Shown one piece after another: positions 53,372 to 61,849 of a DNA stretch of 64,000 nucleotides; within the stretch, counting starts at the first letter, position 1; every line of letters starts with the position of its first letter. The stretch spans positions 14,437-78,436 of the IMG/VR virus record IMGVR_UViG_3300029319_000020; one strand, given 5' to 3'. Position numbers and translations under genes: made by a program. The stretch comes from a virus (lineage: Duplodnaviria > Caudoviricetes). The notes under the pieces were generated by a model. The model had not been told where the DNA came from, searched no databases, and saw only the letters and a list, made by a program, of their open reading frames with translations.

Positions 53372-55533
53372 TGAAACTAACAAATAACAAACTTGAGCAA
53401 TTGATTATGGAGGTTTTGTCTGAGGCAACAGTAAAGCCTGAAAATATTAACAATATTACTATGTACAAAAAGTCAAATGGAGAACCGATCTTTTTCGAAA
53501 AAAATAGCAAAGGTCAATGGGAGGATGACGGTGATCCTCCAAAAGTTGTAGATATGGCCAAAGAATTTAATAGTGGTAAATATGATACAGACCCGGGAAA
53601 TATATCTTTTACAGAAAGTTCAAACAGCGAAGAGCTTAATGGCGATTCGAACCCTAATTTAATGAGTATTTTTCAATCTGGACCACCACCAGTAAACAAT
53701 CCACCACCAGTAAACAATCCACCACCAGCAAATAAACCACCAGGATCTGTGCCCAATTGGTCAACTTATAAAAAATATGATAACTACACTGATGGTGGTA
53801 ATAAAGGGATAAAATATTCTGTAATTGACTGGCTAAATGCTCTGAAGGATAACAATCAACTAAATTTACACTGGATTGTTTATCAATCCATGTTAGACAC
53901 GGCTAACGTTGACAAAAGAACAATAGACTGGTTATACGGAACATTAAAAATTAATAACATAAAAGATCAATGGAAACAGGTTCTATTAGATGCTGGGGTA
54001 ACAAATTATCCGTCGGACCAAGCTGCTCGAAAACAAACCGCTACACAAATACTAGATTATCTAAAAACAAATAAAGGAACTAATTTAGAAGCTGGAGAAT
54101 TTGCAACAAAACAAGGAATTGATCCATATGAAGATCTATTAAAAATAGTTAAAGGTATTGATAGTTCTTTAGAAAAAGAACTCATAACATTACTTGGTAA
54201 TAATTTAAATTCACTAAAAAAGATGTCTGAATCAGTATTAAAAGAGAATCAAAACATTCTTGAACCAGAGGACTTTAGAGTATATTATAAAAAAGCTGTA
54301 GATACAAATGACAATACAGTAACCAAAGCAGACTCTGATAAAGTTGATTCCGCACTGAAAACGTTTTACATGAATGTAAAGAACTCAACAACTTTGGACT
54401 CAACAAAAAAATCTCAAATCTTAAATAAAATTTCGAAAGTTATAGAGTATGAAAAAACAGCCTCAGGAAAAGTAAGAGCGACAAAGGGTGTTACTTCTGG
54501 TTATCAACTCGGTTCCAGAGCGGCAACCGAAACAGGAAAAACAGATTTTCAAATTCTAAAAGCGTTCGAAAAAGCATTTCCCGGTCCAGAGTTTCGTGAT
54601 CGTTTAAGTCAATTCACCACTTATACAACAGAAATAAGCAATTTTTTACAAGACCCAACATCCGGAATTAGTGGAGATGCAAGACAGAAGTTTTCTAAAT
54701 TTATAACATTAGATCTAATGCAACAAATTCTTTATGATTTTGAAGCTTCAAGTGCTGGTTGGGTATTTGAGTCTTTTTTAGCTTTTATGGCATTTGGAAA
54801 TGCTATTGGTGCATCTTACGGAGCAGGAGATTTTACAATAGGTAATGATGTTCAAGGTAGTGCAAAGTTGCTACAAGGCAAGACCTCTTCCCAAAGTGTA
54901 GCAGATTGGCCAAAGGCAAGCGATATAAATAGCATAGGATCTGACAATATTATAAGATATGTTTTTGGTGTAAAGACTTCTTTTAAAGACGGCGAAATGG
55001 CACCCACAACACAAAAAGACAGAGCAGGAAGAGTGGATGTGTATATTTTTGACCTTGCGCATGTAGAAGTCAATGGAAAAGCAAAAGTATTACACAGAGC
55101 ACCTGAGTCTGGGACATGGGATGAAAATGATTTCTTTAAAGTAAAAACAGATGGCAACACCACAAGAGTATCTTTTAGTGTTAGTGGCTACAAGCCGATA
55201 GGTTCTATGAATTTATTATTCCTTCAAGAAAGAGAATTTGAAGATTATTCGGCATTAATAGTTAATAATATTAGCGAAGACCTAGAAAAGGCAATGCAAC
55301 AGATATCAAATATAAAAGCAAATTTGGATGATTATTTGCAAACAGACAATGCAGACGACAGAACCTATGCTTCATCAGAAGCAATGAGAAATTATGCTCT
55401 TCTCGGTACTTCACTAGAGGGAGATGGAACTAAGACTGGCGTGTTCAACGCTTTGGAAGAATCCAAATTACAAACCCTAGATCAACTCATTGCTGAAACA
55501 ATGAGAGAAATTAAAAGAAAAAGAAAAAAATAA
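53371..55533 (+). CDS. Large tagged protein, possible PD-(D/E)xK-like C-terminal region
   Basis: MKLTNNKLEQLIME tag; PPPVNN linker; GWVFESFLA..GDF..SAKLL. Confidence 0.55.
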   Translation: MKLTNNKLEQLIMEVLSEATVKPENINNITMYKKSNGEPIFFEKNSKGQWEDDGDPPKVVDMAKEFNSGKYDTDPGNISFTESSNSEELNGDSNPNLMSIFQSGPPPVNNPPPVNNPPPANKPPGSVPNWSTYKKYDNYTDGGNKGIKYSVIDWLNALKDNNQLNLHWIVYQSMLDTANVDKRTIDWLYGTLKINNIKDQWKQVLLDAGVTNYPSDQAARKQTATQILDYLKTNKGTNLEAGEFATKQGIDPYEDLLKIVKGIDSSLEKELITLLGNNLNSLKKMSESVLKENQNILEPEDFRVYYKKAVDTNDNTVTKADSDKVDSALKTFYMNVKNSTTLDSTKKSQILNKISKVIEYEKTASGKVRATKGVTSGYQLGSRAATETGKTDFQILKAFEKAFPGPEFRDRLSQFTTYTTEISNFLQDPTSGISGDARQKFSKFITLDLMQQILYDFEASSAGWVFESFLAFMAFGNAIGASYGAGDFTIGNDVQGSAKLLQGKTSSQSVADWPKASDINSIGSDNIIRYVFGVKTSFKDGEMAPTTQKDRAGRVDVYIFDLAHVEVNGKAKVLHRAPESGTWDENDFFKVKTDGNTTRVSFSVSGYKPIGSMNLLFLQEREFEDYSALIVNNISEDLEKAMQQISNIKANLDDYLQTDNADDRTYASSEAMRNYALLGTSLEGDGTKTGVFNALEESKLQTLDQLIAETMREIKRKRKK
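53683..53742 (+). repeat. 18-bp coding tandem repeat (PPPVNN x3)
   Basis: ccaccaccagtaaacaat twice plus a degenerate third copy. Confidence 0.9.
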
Positions 55534-55534
55534 C

Positions 55535-55563
55535 TTGACAAATAATACAAAAGCGGTTATAAT
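55535..55563 (+). promoter_or_regulatory. sigma70 promoter
   Basis: TTGACA-N17-TATAAT. Confidence 0.85.
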
Positions 55564-55592
55564 ATAGATATAAGTTTAAACATGGAGGCCAA

Positions 55593-57164
55593 ATGAAAAA
55601 AACTTATTCAAACGGTAGTGCTTTGTCCGAAGCTCTATTAAAAGGAATTGATACGTTAGCAGATAATGTCGCTAGCACACTCGGACCAAAAGGAAGGAAT
55701 GTAATTCTTTACCACAAAGAAGAAGACATGCCTGTCGTAACAAAAGATGGAGTTACCATTGCAAAGTTTATTGAGCTAGATGATCCACTTGAGCACGTTG
55801 GAGCTACAATCGTTAAGCAAGCAGCCGAACAATCTGCTAATCAAGCAGGAGACGGAACCACAACCACGACTGTTCTTGCAAGAGAGATGATCAGAGGTGC
55901 TCAACGATACATAGCCACAGGTGTTTCTCCTACAGAATTGAAGCGAGGTATGGATCAAGCCTGTGAACAAATTGTTGATACCTTGAAAGAACAAGCAAGA
56001 CAGATTCGTTCTCAAGAAGATATCAAAGACATCGCAACTATTTCAGCCAATAACGATTCATCAATAGGAACGCTTATAGCAACAGCAGTTGATTCCGCAG
56101 GCAAGGATGGCTCTGTGTTGATTGAAGAAGCGAAGAGCCTTAAGACCACCTTGGACTTGATAGAAGGCTTTAGATTTGATTCTGGCTACCTTGCTTCGGC
56201 TTTTATAACTAATGAAAGAAGTGGAACAGTAGAATACGATAATCCTCTCATCTTGGTCACGGATGAGAAAATAGAACACGTTGAGCAGATATTGCCAACA
56301 CTCGAACTTGCAGCAAGGGAGTCCCGACCCTTACTTATTGTGGCCTCCGAGGTCGAAGGACAAGCCCTTGCTGCTCTCATTATGAACACAGTCAGAGGAA
56401 CCTTAAAGATTGCTGCTGTTAAAGCTCCAAGATATGGAGAGGAAAGAAGAAACATTCTTCGTGATCTTTGTACATCCATAGGTGCTACGTTTGTAACAAG
56501 AGAAGATGCTAAGCAAATCAAAGAAATAGAACTAGGTTGGTTTGGCCAAGCTAAGTCTATATCAGTTTCAAAGTTGTGGACAACCATAGTTGGAGGTAAA
56601 GGAGATTATGAAGCCATTGATAAACAAATTGATGTTCTCAAAGTTGAGATTCAAAACACAGAAAACCTCAAGGAATGTGAACGTATTCAAGAGAGAATTA
56701 CACGTCTCGCTTCTGGTGTGGCTGTTATTCGTGTCGGTGCGTCTACCGAAATCGAAATGATAGAGAAGAAACATCGCATTGAAGATGCTCTTGAAGCTGT
56801 AAGATCAGCACAACAGATGGGTGTTATTGCTGGTGGTGGTTCTGCCCTAGCTAAGATAGCAGACCAAGTTCAGGTCATGGATGTAACATCAGAGCAGAAG
56901 CTTGGGTTCAAGATTGTTATTGATGCTTGTACAGCACCCCTAAAGCAAATGGCTTTAAATGCCGGAGAGTCTCCTGATCTTATAATCCAAAAAGTTCAAG
57001 GATCAACCAAGACTCAAGGTTATAATTTTATGACAAATCAAATAGAAGACTTTTTCGAGACAGGGATCATTGATCCTGTTAAAGTTACAATCTCTGCAAT
57101 TCAAAACTCAGTTTCTGTTGCTTCAACACTAATTACAACAAACCACGCTGTGGTTAAAATGTAA
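55593..57164 (+). CDS. groEL: Group I chaperonin GroEL-like
   Basis: TLGPKGRNV, TKDGVT, GDGTTT, GIIDP.KV; lacks the GGM tail. Confidence 0.97.
   Translation: MKKTYSNGSALSEALLKGIDTLADNVASTLGPKGRNVILYHKEEDMPVVTKDGVTIAKFIELDDPLEHVGATIVKQAAEQSANQAGDGTTTTTVLAREMIRGAQRYIATGVSPTELKRGMDQACEQIVDTLKEQARQIRSQEDIKDIATISANNDSSIGTLIATAVDSAGKDGSVLIEEAKSLKTTLDLIEGFRFDSGYLASAFITNERSGTVEYDNPLILVTDEKIEHVEQILPTLELAARESRPLLIVASEVEGQALAALIMNTVRGTLKIAAVKAPRYGEERRNILRDLCTSIGATFVTREDAKQIKEIELGWFGQAKSISVSKLWTTIVGGKGDYEAIDKQIDVLKVEIQNTENLKECERIQERITRLASGVAVIRVGASTEIEMIEKKHRIEDALEAVRSAQQMGVIAGGGSALAKIADQVQVMDVTSEQKLGFKIVIDACTAPLKQMALNAGESPDLIIQKVQGSTKTQGYNFMTNQIEDFFETGIIDPVKVTISAIQNSVSVASTLITTNHAVVKM
57128..57136 (+). 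promoter_or_regulatory. Putative late motif ACTAATTAC (intragenic)
   Basis: About 40 bp upstream of 57176. Confidence 0.35.
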
Positions 57165-57175
57165 AGGAACAACAC

Positions 57176-57439
57176 ATGACTGATGAACAAATGCAAAACC
57201 TGTTAACTTCTATAGTTGAAATGAAGAACAACTTAGAACGCATGGCAGAGAAACAAGAAGAGATGCACGATGATGTAAAAAAAATCAACGAAGCTATTTA
57301 TAATCCCGACCAAGGGATTTATGCAAGACTTAGAGCAATCGAAAACTGGAAAGATTCAATATCTAAAGTTATTTGGACAATCGGTACAGGATTTATTGCT
57401 CTGGTTTTAAACACACTATATCAAAACTTAGGAGGATAA
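57176..57439 (+). CDS. Coiled-coil protein with C-terminal TM (holin/XhlA-like candidate)
   Basis: Heptads followed by VIWTIGTGFIALVL. Confidence 0.55.
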   Translation: MTDEQMQNLLTSIVEMKNNLERMAEKQEEMHDDVKKINEAIYNPDQGIYARLRAIENWKDSISKVIWTIGTGFIALVLNTLYQNLGG

Positions 57440-57736
57440 ATGAGAGTTAAAATTGCATACACTGTAGAATTAGAAGAAGTAGAGTCAGAAGTGTCCGAAA
57501 TTATGTCTAGAGCAGCTTTGGATTTAGACTTTGCCTACCAAGAAGTAGTAAGGATTCAAATGGATCTAGATACTAATGTTGGAGATCTAAAAGGTAAAGA
57601 TGAACAAATCAATATCATAAGAAGAAAAATGGCTAAAGCCGATCAGATTCTATTAGACTGTCAATTAATCCTTGAGGGTTTAGAGTTAGCAAAACAACAA
57701 ATTGAGGAGCAACAAAATGAAATTCAGGATGGGTGA
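57440..57736 (+). CDS. Hypothetical coiled-coil protein
   Basis: GGAGG RBS; 98 aa. Confidence 0.6.
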   Translation: MRVKIAYTVELEEVESEVSEIMSRAALDLDFAYQEVVRIQMDLDTNVGDLKGKDEQINIIRRKMAKADQILLDCQLILEGLELAKQQIEEQQNEIQDG

Positions 57737-58001
57737 TCTTGTTCATGTGCCAACAGGATCTTATAGAATATTATATACAAGAGAGGATGATGATGGACAA
57801 ATGCACATTCCATTTTCTTTTTCTATAACACAAGAACCAAAGGTAGGGGTGTTTAAAAGTTATTTTGGTTCAAGCGAATGTGTAATACTTTTCAATGATG
57901 GAGAGTACTGCTTAGACACCCGTTGGGTATTTAAAAAACAAGGAGTAAAAAATGATAGAACTTATTACGATCTTTCATGCGAATCAAACTTGGTATCTTA
58001 A
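57717..58001 (+). CDS. SH3/KOW-like protein
   Basis: MKFRMGDLVHVP N-terminus. Confidence 0.55.
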   Translation: MKFRMGDLVHVPTGSYRILYTREDDDGQMHIPFSFSITQEPKVGVFKSYFGSSECVILFNDGEYCLDTRWVFKKQGVKNDRTYYDLSCESNLVS

Positions 58002-58227
58002 CAAAGTTATAGTTAATCCAAGTCATATTGTTACGATAACAGAAGCTACTGATCATATTAAAATGCTAAGAGAAGGGAAGATTAATTTATCTTTAAACGA
58101 AGGAGTAATTTTTTCTAAAGTTAAAATGAATCCTGTGACTGGATATGATGAGTTTATTGTCGTAGGATCACCTTCTATGATAATGGAAAAAGCAAATAAG
58201 AACACAAAACAGTTACTAAAGGGGTAG
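57952..58227 (+). CDS. Hypothetical small beta protein
   Basis: AAGGAG RBS; VNPSHIV.I.E resembles FlbD-like small domains (weak). Confidence 0.5.
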   Translation: MIELITIFHANQTWYLNKVIVNPSHIVTITEATDHIKMLREGKINLSLNEGVIFSKVKMNPVTGYDEFIVVGSPSMIMEKANKNTKQLLKG

Positions 58228-58229
58228 TT

Positions 58230-58484
58230 ATGTATAATATTTATGGTCTAAAATGGTGTATATTTTGCTTAAGAGCAATAAACTTTATGCAAGAGAAAGG
58301 TTTAGAATTTCATTATTATCCAATGGATAATCAAGAACAAATCTTAAATTCTGTTAAAGAAGAATATAAACACAAAACTGTACCAATAATAACTGAAAAT
58401 GTCAATGGTAGTGAGGTCTTAGTAGGAGGGTATGATGACTTTGTCAAGCACATCAGACAGCAGGAAAATAAAGAAAGCAATTAA
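58230..58484 (+). CDS. Glutaredoxin
   Basis: CIFC redox motif, TVP, VGGYDD. Confidence 0.9.
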   Translation: MYNIYGLKWCIFCLRAINFMQEKGLEFHYYPMDNQEQILNSVKEEYKHKTVPIITENVNGSEVLVGGYDDFVKHIRQQENKESN

Positions 58485-58860
58485 TTTGATACTAAAAGAG
58501 CTGGAGTTCCACCTTTGTTGTGAGATCGTTAAAACAAAAGATCATAAACAATCCTTTGTTGTTTTAAACTGGGTTATAGATGAAGAAGATTTTTATATAG
58601 CTCACGTTATGTATAGAAAGAAAAAGAAAAACTGGGACACACTTTTAGATCTTCTTCCTGTTTTAGGAATAACGTGGGAACACTATGATTTATTTGGAAA
58701 TGGACAGACAAGACCAAGTGATCATATGTCGAGAATGCAAGCAACACTTTATCATTGGCAGATAGGTATTGATTATCTAAAGAGAGAAGGAATAGAATTA
58801 AATACAGCAGAATGTTTTAAACACATGCTACAAGAAACTACAAAATGGAGTACAAAATGA
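58432..58860 (+). CDS. Hypothetical protein
   Basis: GGAGG RBS; 142 aa. Confidence 0.55.
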   Translation: MMTLSSTSDSRKIKKAINLILKELEFHLCCEIVKTKDHKQSFVVLNWVIDEEDFYIAHVMYRKKKKNWDTLLDLLPVLGITWEHYDLFGNGQTRPSDHMSRMQATLYHWQIGIDYLKREGIELNTAECFKHMLQETTKWSTK

Positions 58861-59183
58861 AAGTAGAAAAACCGTGGGGACACGAAATACGTTGGGCAAT
58901 AACCGAGAAGTATCTTGGTAAGATCCTGCACATAGATGCTGGGCATCAACTATCCCTTCAGTATCATGAAGTAAAAGATGAATCAATCTATGTTCTTGAA
59001 GGAACTCTGTTAGTAAAAGATAAAGAAAGAGTAACAATCCTTGAAGAAGGAGAGTCTATGAGAATACAACCCGGAACAATTCACAGATTCTGTGCTCCGC
59101 ACACTACCCATGTTAAATTGATAGAAGTATCTACACCTGAGATCGATGATGTAGTACGTTTAGAGGACGACTACGGTAGATAA
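58857..59183 (+). CDS. Cupin (mannose-6-phosphate isomerase type II C-terminal-like)
   Basis: VEKPWG.E, LSLQYH..K.E, G.IHR, EVSTPE.DDVVR..D.YGR. Confidence 0.85.
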   Translation: MKVEKPWGHEIRWAITEKYLGKILHIDAGHQLSLQYHEVKDESIYVLEGTLLVKDKERVTILEEGESMRIQPGTIHRFCAPHTTHVKLIEVSTPEIDDVVRLEDDYGR

Positions 59184-59246
59184 TTTGACAGCATGAAGAG
59201 ATAAAGCCACATTGTATCCTACTTACTAATAGAGGGAGAGGGATAT

Positions 59247-59966
59247 ATGTGGCTTTTTTTATTGTTAAGTTGTCGGTTATTCTACTATGGTGATGACGAA
59301 GTTTCACAAGTAGAAGTTACAAAAGTTGTTAATGGATGGAATGTGGGTCTAAATAGATCCTACTACTCTTCATTAAAAGTAATGGTCATGACTGAAGATG
59401 GTCCTATTGGACACGGATCAGGTAATTTGTTTCATTATTATGGTGAGTTTTTTGTAATCACAGCTGCTCATGTTGTAAGTGAAAATCTAGACTATCTTTT
59501 ACAAGAAAAAAATGGAAACGTAGTTTCATGCAGAGTCATATACAGAGATATTGGAAACGATATAGCCATAATAAAACCTTATGGCAAGTTTGTAAAAACA
59601 ATTTCTTCCCCATACCTTGTAAACATGCAGAAAGATTTAATCGCACAAGAGTTGTACTACGCCGGTAACCCTGGGGAATTGAATCATGTAGCTATACGTG
59701 GGTGGGTAGCCGAATCAGGACATGAAAGAATAATAATGCAATCTTTTGCTTGGCCGGGGTCTAGCGGATCTGTGGTCTTTGATGCAGCTGGAAGGGTTAT
59801 TGGAGTTGTAAATGCAATACCGCTTGTTCCTAATTTTTATGAGGGGACTATGATGCCAATGTCACAGATAGTTATGGTTCAAAGATTAGAGGTACTCCCA
59901 AGAAAAACAATTAGAGAGGCTCTCTTAAATGAAAAAAGACGCGTTGAAGATTGGAACTCTGATTAA
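59247..59966 (+). CDS. Trypsin-like serine protease with lipoprotein-like signal
   Basis: MWLFLLLSC; triad TAAH, NDIA, PGSSG. Confidence 0.85.
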   Translation: MWLFLLLSCRLFYYGDDEVSQVEVTKVVNGWNVGLNRSYYSSLKVMVMTEDGPIGHGSGNLFHYYGEFFVITAAHVVSENLDYLLQEKNGNVVSCRVIYRDIGNDIAIIKPYGKFVKTISSPYLVNMQKDLIAQELYYAGNPGELNHVAIRGWVAESGHERIIMQSFAWPGSSGSVVFDAAGRVIGVVNAIPLVPNFYEGTMMPMSQIVMVQRLEVLPRKTIREALLNEKRRVEDWNSD

Positions 59967-60207
59967 AGACCATGATAGGATTGGAATCATAACAAAGGTC
60001 ATTGAAGTTGGTCAACTTAATGCCAAAGTCCCAATTATCTCTTGGAGGGCAAATTATGAAATTACTTATACTGATGGTACTACCCTACTACTGTCGTGCA
60101 AAGCTTTAGATGCAATGATCGTTAATGGAGTAGTGGAAGTCTACTACCCTACTCCTTCTATTACTACACCTCCTACCCTTGTACATGAGGAGAAAGAAGA
60201 TAAATGA
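59929..60207 (+). CDS. SH3/KOW-like protein
   Basis: LKIGTLI....RIGIITKV...YEITY.DG. Confidence 0.55.
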   Translation: MKKDALKIGTLIKDHDRIGIITKVIEVGQLNAKVPIISWRANYEITYTDGTTLLLSCKALDAMIVNGVVEVYYPTPSITTPPTLVHEEKEDK

Positions 60208-60509
60208 ATATACCAAAAACAGAAATTAACAAGCAAATGACTAAAGAACAAGCCATACTATATTATTTATTTGTTGATGATCAGTTAACTTGTGCATGGT
60301 GGGATTACTTAGAAGAATGGGAGGAACATAGGCAACTATCCCCAGAAAACAACAGTGGTTTTCAAAAGGTACAATTAGAGACTATAAAAGCTGTTGAATA
60401 CTGGGAAGATATTTTGGATCAATTAAAAAAAATAATTTCATATGAAGATATCGAAGATTATATCAAAGCACACCCAGAGATAAAAAAGTCTTATTTATTT
60501 GTTAGATAA
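60204..60509 (+). CDS. Hypothetical protein
   Basis: Intact 101-aa ORF coupled to the previous stop. Confidence 0.55.
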   Translation: MNIPKTEINKQMTKEQAILYYLFVDDQLTCAWWDYLEEWEEHRQLSPENNSGFQKVQLETIKAVEYWEDILDQLKKIISYEDIEDYIKAHPEIKKSYLFVR

Positions 60510-60512
60510 TAC

Positions 60513-60541
60513 TTGACAAACAAAATAAAATGTGTTATGAT
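60513..60541 (+). promoter_or_regulatory. sigma70-like promoter
   Basis: TTGACA-N17-TATGAT with extended TG. Confidence 0.75.
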
Positions 60542-60560
60542 ATATAAATGGAGGATCAAG

Positions 60561-60935
60561 ATGACAGAAGAAATAGATAATATTTTAGATTACCTTAAAA
60601 AAGCAGGACTAAATACAATTGACACCAACTCACCTGCTTGGAAGGTTTTACATAGTTCAAAACAAACACAAAGACTTGACAAGTTAATAGAGGATCCGAA
60701 TTCGATAGAACTTAAAGATAAAAAACAGGGTCTGAATTCGATAGGACTAGAAAACGGACAAAAAATGACCGTTGGAAAATTAGTGACACACAGGACAGTT
60801 CCACAACTTGGTCTTGGACTTGTTGTCGCTGAGAGCAAGAAACACAAAGGTTATTGGATAGTCCAATGGTGTGACAAACGGTTCTCTGACGTTGGTGAAC
60901 TAGGTATTGATCGAGATTATTTGGTAATTGTTTGA
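60561..60935 (+). CDS. Protein with C-terminal SH3/KOW-like domain
   Basis: GGAGG RBS; MTVGKLV...LGLVV...WIVQW...YLVIV. Confidence 0.6.
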   Translation: MTEEIDNILDYLKKAGLNTIDTNSPAWKVLHSSKQTQRLDKLIEDPNSIELKDKKQGLNSIGLENGQKMTVGKLVTHRTVPQLGLGLVVAESKKHKGYWIVQWCDKRFSDVGELGIDRDYLVIV

Positions 60936-61008
60936 AAACGGACATTTTTTGACCTTGTTAGAAATGGTTTGCGTGTTATAATATAAGAGAACAAGCGAGG
61001 TGAATATG
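60935..61008 (+). repeat. Promoter cassette type 1, copy 1 (operator-like palindrome at 60940-60954)
   Basis: AAAAC-GGACA-ttttt-TGACC, TTGTTA-N16-TATAAT, AACAAGCGAGGTGAATATG. Confidence 0.8.
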
Positions 61009-61176
61009 ATCATGTCTAAATACAAAGTCGGTGACTTAGTGTTACTTGAAATGACAGATGGTGAAACTAGATTGTATGTTGTCATAAGCGAATTATTAGG
61101 CTGTACAATAAAAGTAAAAAACATAGCAACAGGAAGAATTGATCGTATGCCACCACGTTGGTTTACAAAGTTATAA
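61006..61176 (+). CDS. SH3-like mini-protein 1
   Basis: Not in track. MIMSKYKVGDLVLLEMTDGETRLYVVISELLGCTIKVKNIATGRIDRMPPRWFTKL. Confidence 0.7.
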   Translation: MIMSKYKVGDLVLLEMTDGETRLYVVISELLGCTIKVKNIATGRIDRMPPRWFTKL

Positions 61177-61249
61177 AAACGGACATTTTCTGTCCTTGAT
61201 TTATTTTTGGTCTGTGTTATATTATAAATGAACAAGCGAGGTGAATATG
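61176..61249 (+). repeat. Promoter cassette type 1, copy 2 (palindrome at 61181-61195)
   Basis: AAAAC-GGACA-ttttc-TGTCC, TTGATT-N16-TATATT, AACAAGCGAGGTGAATATG. Confidence 0.8.
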
Positions 61250-61423
61250 AAAGTAGGCGATTTAGTATGGTCATTATCTGGAAATCACAGAGGTGAGATA
61301 CAAAAACGATTGGCAATAATTGTCGCCTTAGATTATGACGATTACAATCCGTATTTTATACAGTTGGTTGTCTGTGGTAGACAAGGTAAAACATCAAGAA
61401 AATACCTTGAACCAATAGACTAA
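61247..61423 (+). CDS. SH3-like mini-protein 2
   Basis: MKVGDLVWSL...LEPID. Confidence 0.75.
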   Translation: MKVGDLVWSLSGNHRGEIQKRLAIIVALDYDDYNPYFIQLVVCGRQGKTSRKYLEPID

Positions 61424-61427
61424 AATT

Positions 61428-61481
61428 AAAACGGACATTTTTTGACCTTTACAGATTAACATAACCTGTTATATTATAAAT
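61428..61481 (+). repeat. Promoter cassette type 1, copy 3 (palindrome at 61433-61447)
   Basis: AAAAC-GGACA-ttttt-TGACC, TTTACA-N16-TATATT. Confidence 0.75.
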
Positions 61482-61514
61482 GTCAAGATTTTTTTTCTTT
61501 TTTTTGGAGGTATT

Positions 61515-61694
61515 ATGAAAATAGGAACATTAGTGCAAGTAATAAATGTATATCATCCTAGCAAAAAAGGTGCTATGGGTATTATAGTAGACAGAGGTGT
61601 TCACCATGATGGTGAATGGAAGTATGAAATTTTATTCCCTAGTGGACACAAAAGTTGGTGGACAAAACATCGTTTGGAGGTGCTATGCAAGTAG
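61515..61694 (+). CDS. SH3-like mini-protein 3
   Basis: Not in track. MKIGTLVQV...HRLEVLCK. Confidence 0.75.
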   Translation: MKIGTLVQVINVYHPSKKGAMGIIVDRGVHHDGEWKYEILFPSGHKSWWTKHRLEVLCK

Positions 61695-61849
61695 GAGATT
61701 TAGTGAGATTTGATTGTGAGGAAATGTGGATTGGTGTTGTTATGAAAGTAGACTATGACTTCGAGTATGGAATGATGTATCGTGTTGCTTTTACTGATGG
61801 TAGTATGGAATGGTGCATAGAAGATGATTTGGAGGTAGTATGCGAGTAG
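61685..61849 (+). CDS. SH3-like mini-protein 4
   Basis: MQVGDLVRF...DLEVVCE. Confidence 0.75.
   Translation: MQVGDLVRFDCEEMWIGVVMKVDYDFEYGMMYRVAFTDGSMEWCIEDDLEVVCE

Noticed and set aside
59184-59215. sigma70 promoter at TTGACA 59184
   Set aside because: No -10 hexamer at 16-18 bp spacing.
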